A stretch of 64,000 bases of DNA from positions 998 to 64,997 of the forward strand of contig CAVSPI010000002.1 of assembly GCA_963729975.1 (NCBI GenBank), given 5' to 3'. This DNA is from an uncultured Acidobacteriota bacterium. Its GTDB lineage: Bacteria; Acidobacteriota; Vicinamibacteria; Vicinamibacterales; UBA2999. Below the pieces are notes generated by a model. The model was not told the DNA's origin. It saw only the letters and a program-made list of their open reading frames with translations, and did no database searches. A program made the position numbers and the translations under genes. This document shows positions 61,739 through 64,000 of the stretch, piece by piece. Within the stretch, counting starts at the first letter, position 1, and the number at the start of each line of letters is the position of its first letter.

Positions 61739-62908
61739 TCAAACGTCGCGCAGGCGATGCTCGAATGGCGGGCGAGCGGCCACGATCTCGGGACGGTAGG
61801 TCGCGGCGTCGATTTCGTCGGCGTCGTACAACATCGATGCCCTCAGCCTGGCGATGTGCCCGTCCCATCGCTCTCGGAGCGCCACGTAGGTCTCGAACCC
61901 GGCGGCCGGGTCGCCGATCGTCTTGATCCCGGCCTGCTGCATCCGCTCGATCGCCGCCATGTATCGCGTCCGCCACCGTTCTCGCGACGGTGCATCAGCC
62001 GCGTGCGGCCCCTGCGCCGGGCCGCTGACGAAGACCTCCTCCAGCGTGCTCACGAGAAGCATCGCCACGCGCCAGCATTGCGCCACCGCCGCCGACTCCT
62101 TCAGCCAGCGGTAGCTCGTCATCGCTGATGCCGCTCTTCATCAGCGAGACGGTATCGAGCAGTACCGTGGCCGTCTTCGAGACTGGTAGTCACGGCTCGG
62201 TAAACCGGAAGTAGAACAGCAGCGGATAGAAGTGGTGCGATTCCTTGACCGCACACGCGTTCAACGCGAGACTCGACAGATTGTTGTATCCGGAAGTGAA
62301 CTGCCCCTGAGGGCCCAGACCGGCAATCAGCTCCGCCGCGTCGCCGGTCTCGTTCGAGAGCGTCTGAATCGCGAGCCCGAGCGCGTTTCAGTTCTCAACG
62401 CGTTGTAGATCTGCATGACATACGTCAGCACCAGCGACATGACGGACATGCCGATCAGCGAGTTCACCATGTACAGCGCCTGAAAGGCGGCCGATTGCGG
62501 CGTGAAGTCGCTGGAGCCGACGAACGACAAGCTGCTGGCTCCGGCATACAGCGCCGACATGAAGTCGGTCGGCGTGGCGCCTTGGCTGGCGCGGACCCCA
62601 CCGCCGAGATGCGGATGCATGATCAGCGCGGCTCCAAGCGCGAGGCCGGCGGCCCAGACAAACACCAACGCGACCAGAATCACCGGTCCGCAGAACGACA
62701 GCACCCTGCCGCGCTGGCGGCCGAATGGACGCGACACGACACGAAACACCAGCCAGATCGTTCGCGCCACGACGGGGGAGAGCAGCTCCGTGCCGGCTCG
62801 CGCGTACAGCACGGTCAGGAAGATGTCGAGCAGCACGACCACGGTCACGACTGCTCCCGCGAGCTGTTCCACCATCACCATCGCTCTCATCCTGAGGCGG
62901 GCGCGCAC
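61739..62908 (-). CDS. Ion-channel-like membrane protein (pore-loop type) with a cytosolic C-terminal domain; two frameshifts and an in-frame TGA
   Basis: TM helices are in ORF 62327..62908. Pore-helix-like DFMSALYAGASSLSFVGSSDFTP is followed by an inner helix. It continues as ..NALGLAIQTLSNETG...YFRFTEP*LPVSK.. and ORF 61739..62122. Confidence 0.55.
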
Positions 62909-62989
62909 GGCCCGCCGGTCCCGTCTTCGAATGGATCTGCCGCTATTGCCACCGGCACGCCAGGCGCCCTGACGGCCGGCGCGTTCGAC

Positions 62990-63559
62990 TCAGCGCATTG
63001 CCCGTCGGCTGCGCCGCTCTTGCGCGAGCATGTAGATCCCGCCCGCAACCATGAGATAGGGTGCCGCCCACAGCAGCAGATCGAGCGGTTGATGCTTGAG
63101 GTCGGCGCGATGCTGCCCGAAGCGCGTGCGGAAGGCGGCGCGCTTGAACTCGGCGAGGACCCCGGTTTCGGTGATCGGGTTGTCGGGCTGCCCTTTCATC
63201 AGCGCCTCGACGCGGCTCTCGAGGACATCGACGCGATCGCCGATGATCAGCAGCAGCCAGTGCGCCGTGCGCCCTTCGCTGAACGTGTAGGCATACCGCC
63301 GAATCGCCCCCGACATCCCGCGCAGCGGCTGCGCCGTGCCGAAGACTGGCGTCACGAAGCGGTGCTCCGTCGACTTCTCCCGTGGCCAGCGCTCTGGCTG
63401 GCGCTCCGGGAACTCCCAGCGCGCTCCCGTCTCCTCTAGTTTCTCCTTCGGCACGGAGGGTCGATTCTTCGGGTCGAGGTCGACACCCCAGCCGGGGATG
63501 GTGCGCCGGAGTTCCTCGACCGGCCGCGTCAGGCGTGGCTTCTCGTGTGTATAGGCCAC
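62990..63559 (-). CDS. Conserved hypothetical protein with a C-terminal TM helix
   Basis: Intact 189 aa. IPGWGVDLDPKNRPSVPKEK..WEFPERQ. C-terminal LLLWAAPYLMVAGGIYML. It starts 14 nt downstream of the dehydrogenase gene. Confidence 0.5.
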   Translation of the reverse strand: MAYTHEKPRLTRPVEELRRTIPGWGVDLDPKNRPSVPKEKLEETGARWEFPERQPERWPREKSTEHRFVTPVFGTAQPLRGMSGAIRRYAYTFSEGRTAHWLLLIIGDRVDVLESRVEALMKGQPDNPITETGVLAEFKRAAFRTRFGQHRADLKHQPLDLLLWAAPYLMVAGGIYMLAQERRSRRAMR

Positions 63560-63572
63560 TGGTCCCTCCTCG

Positions 63573-64000
63573 CTAGTAGCTGGTGGTTGGGTAGACGAGC
63601 GGTTTGATGCAGCCGTCGAGTTTGTTCGACATCAGGTGATACCCCTCAGCGATCTCATCGAGCGGAATCCGGTGGGTGACGACGTCGCTCGGCTTGAGCA
63701 CGCCGGTCCTGACATGCTCGAACAACCGGGGCCACTGCCGCTTGACCGGGCACTGATTGCTCCGGATCGTCAGCCCCTTGTTCATCGCGTCGCCGAACTT
63801 GACGGCGCTGTAGAGCGGGCCGAACGCGCCGACCACCGACACGTTGCCTCCCTTGCGCACCGAATCGATGCACCAGTTCAGCGCCACCGGCGATCCCCCC
63901 TGCAGCTTCAGCTTGGCCGCCGTGACGTGCTGGAAGAAGGCACCGTCGGCCTCCGCCCCCACGGCTTCGATACACACGTCGGCGCCGAGGAACTCCGTCG
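63573..64000 (-). CDS. Zinc-type alcohol/formaldehyde dehydrogenase family protein, C-terminal part (gene continues beyond the window)
   Basis: CIEAVGAEADG...ALNWCIDSVRKGGNVSVVGAFG....KFGDAMNKGLTIRSNQCPVKRQWPRLFEHVRTGVLKPSDVVTHRIPLDEIAEGYHLM. Confidence 0.75.
   Translation of the reverse strand, partial: TEFLGADVCIEAVGAEADGAFFQHVTAAKLKLQGGSPVALNWCIDSVRKGGNVSVVGAFGPLYSAVKFGDAMNKGLTIRSNQCPVKRQWPRLFEHVRTGVLKPSDVVTHRIPLDEIAEGYHLMSNKLDGCIKPLVYPTTSY

Noticed and set aside
62190-62192. Selenocysteine or stop-codon reassignment at the in-frame TGA.
   Set aside because: TGA clearly terminates other genes here. No SECIS-like structure follows. The context fits a Trp codon, and the window is full of other sequence lesions.

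Overview
This is a very GC-rich bacterial chromosomal segment. Gene content fits Acidobacteriota best: a TIGR03436-type VWFA protein, several sigma-54 activators and PD40/TolB-like propellers. This assignment is inference only.

About 55 protein genes are recognisable from motifs:
- Housekeeping: groEL, tatA, rnr, ftsEX, gatB, pckA, ispH, folK, pgi, pepN, map.
- Envelope and efflux: TonB, a Spy/CpxP-like protein followed by TolC-MFP-RND, and a TesA/YbbA/YbbP-like operon.
- Regulators: an ECF sigma with a possible anti-sigma, two receiver-less sigma-54 enhancer-binding proteins, PilZ, an NsrR-type Rrf2 regulator, an orphan histidine kinase and a DksA-like protein.
- From about 50.7 kb onward: a run of small hydrolase and detox-type enzymes.

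I saw no rRNA, intact tRNA, CRISPR array, transposase, integrase or recognisable defence system.

The main caveat is that many plainly essential genes are broken by frameshifts, and a few carry in-frame stops. The breaks are patchy, so I stitched most gene calls across frames, and their ends are approximate.

Observations most worth follow-up:
- A near-consensus sigma-54 promoter in front of a tiny exported protein, next to the envelope-stress/efflux block.
- Two sigma-54 activators bracketing a PilZ gene and an MBL-fold gene.
- A perfect NsrR-type operator between nsrR and an exported CXXCH protein.
- A tRNA 3-prime-end-like fragment in a 370-bp gap that also holds a small repeat-containing ORF.
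- A GGGATTT heptamer array.
- A 450-bp structured noncoding region ending in an intrinsic terminator.

I did not find a clear-cut novel multi-gene system. All coordinates and motif calls were made by eye, without any search or computation.
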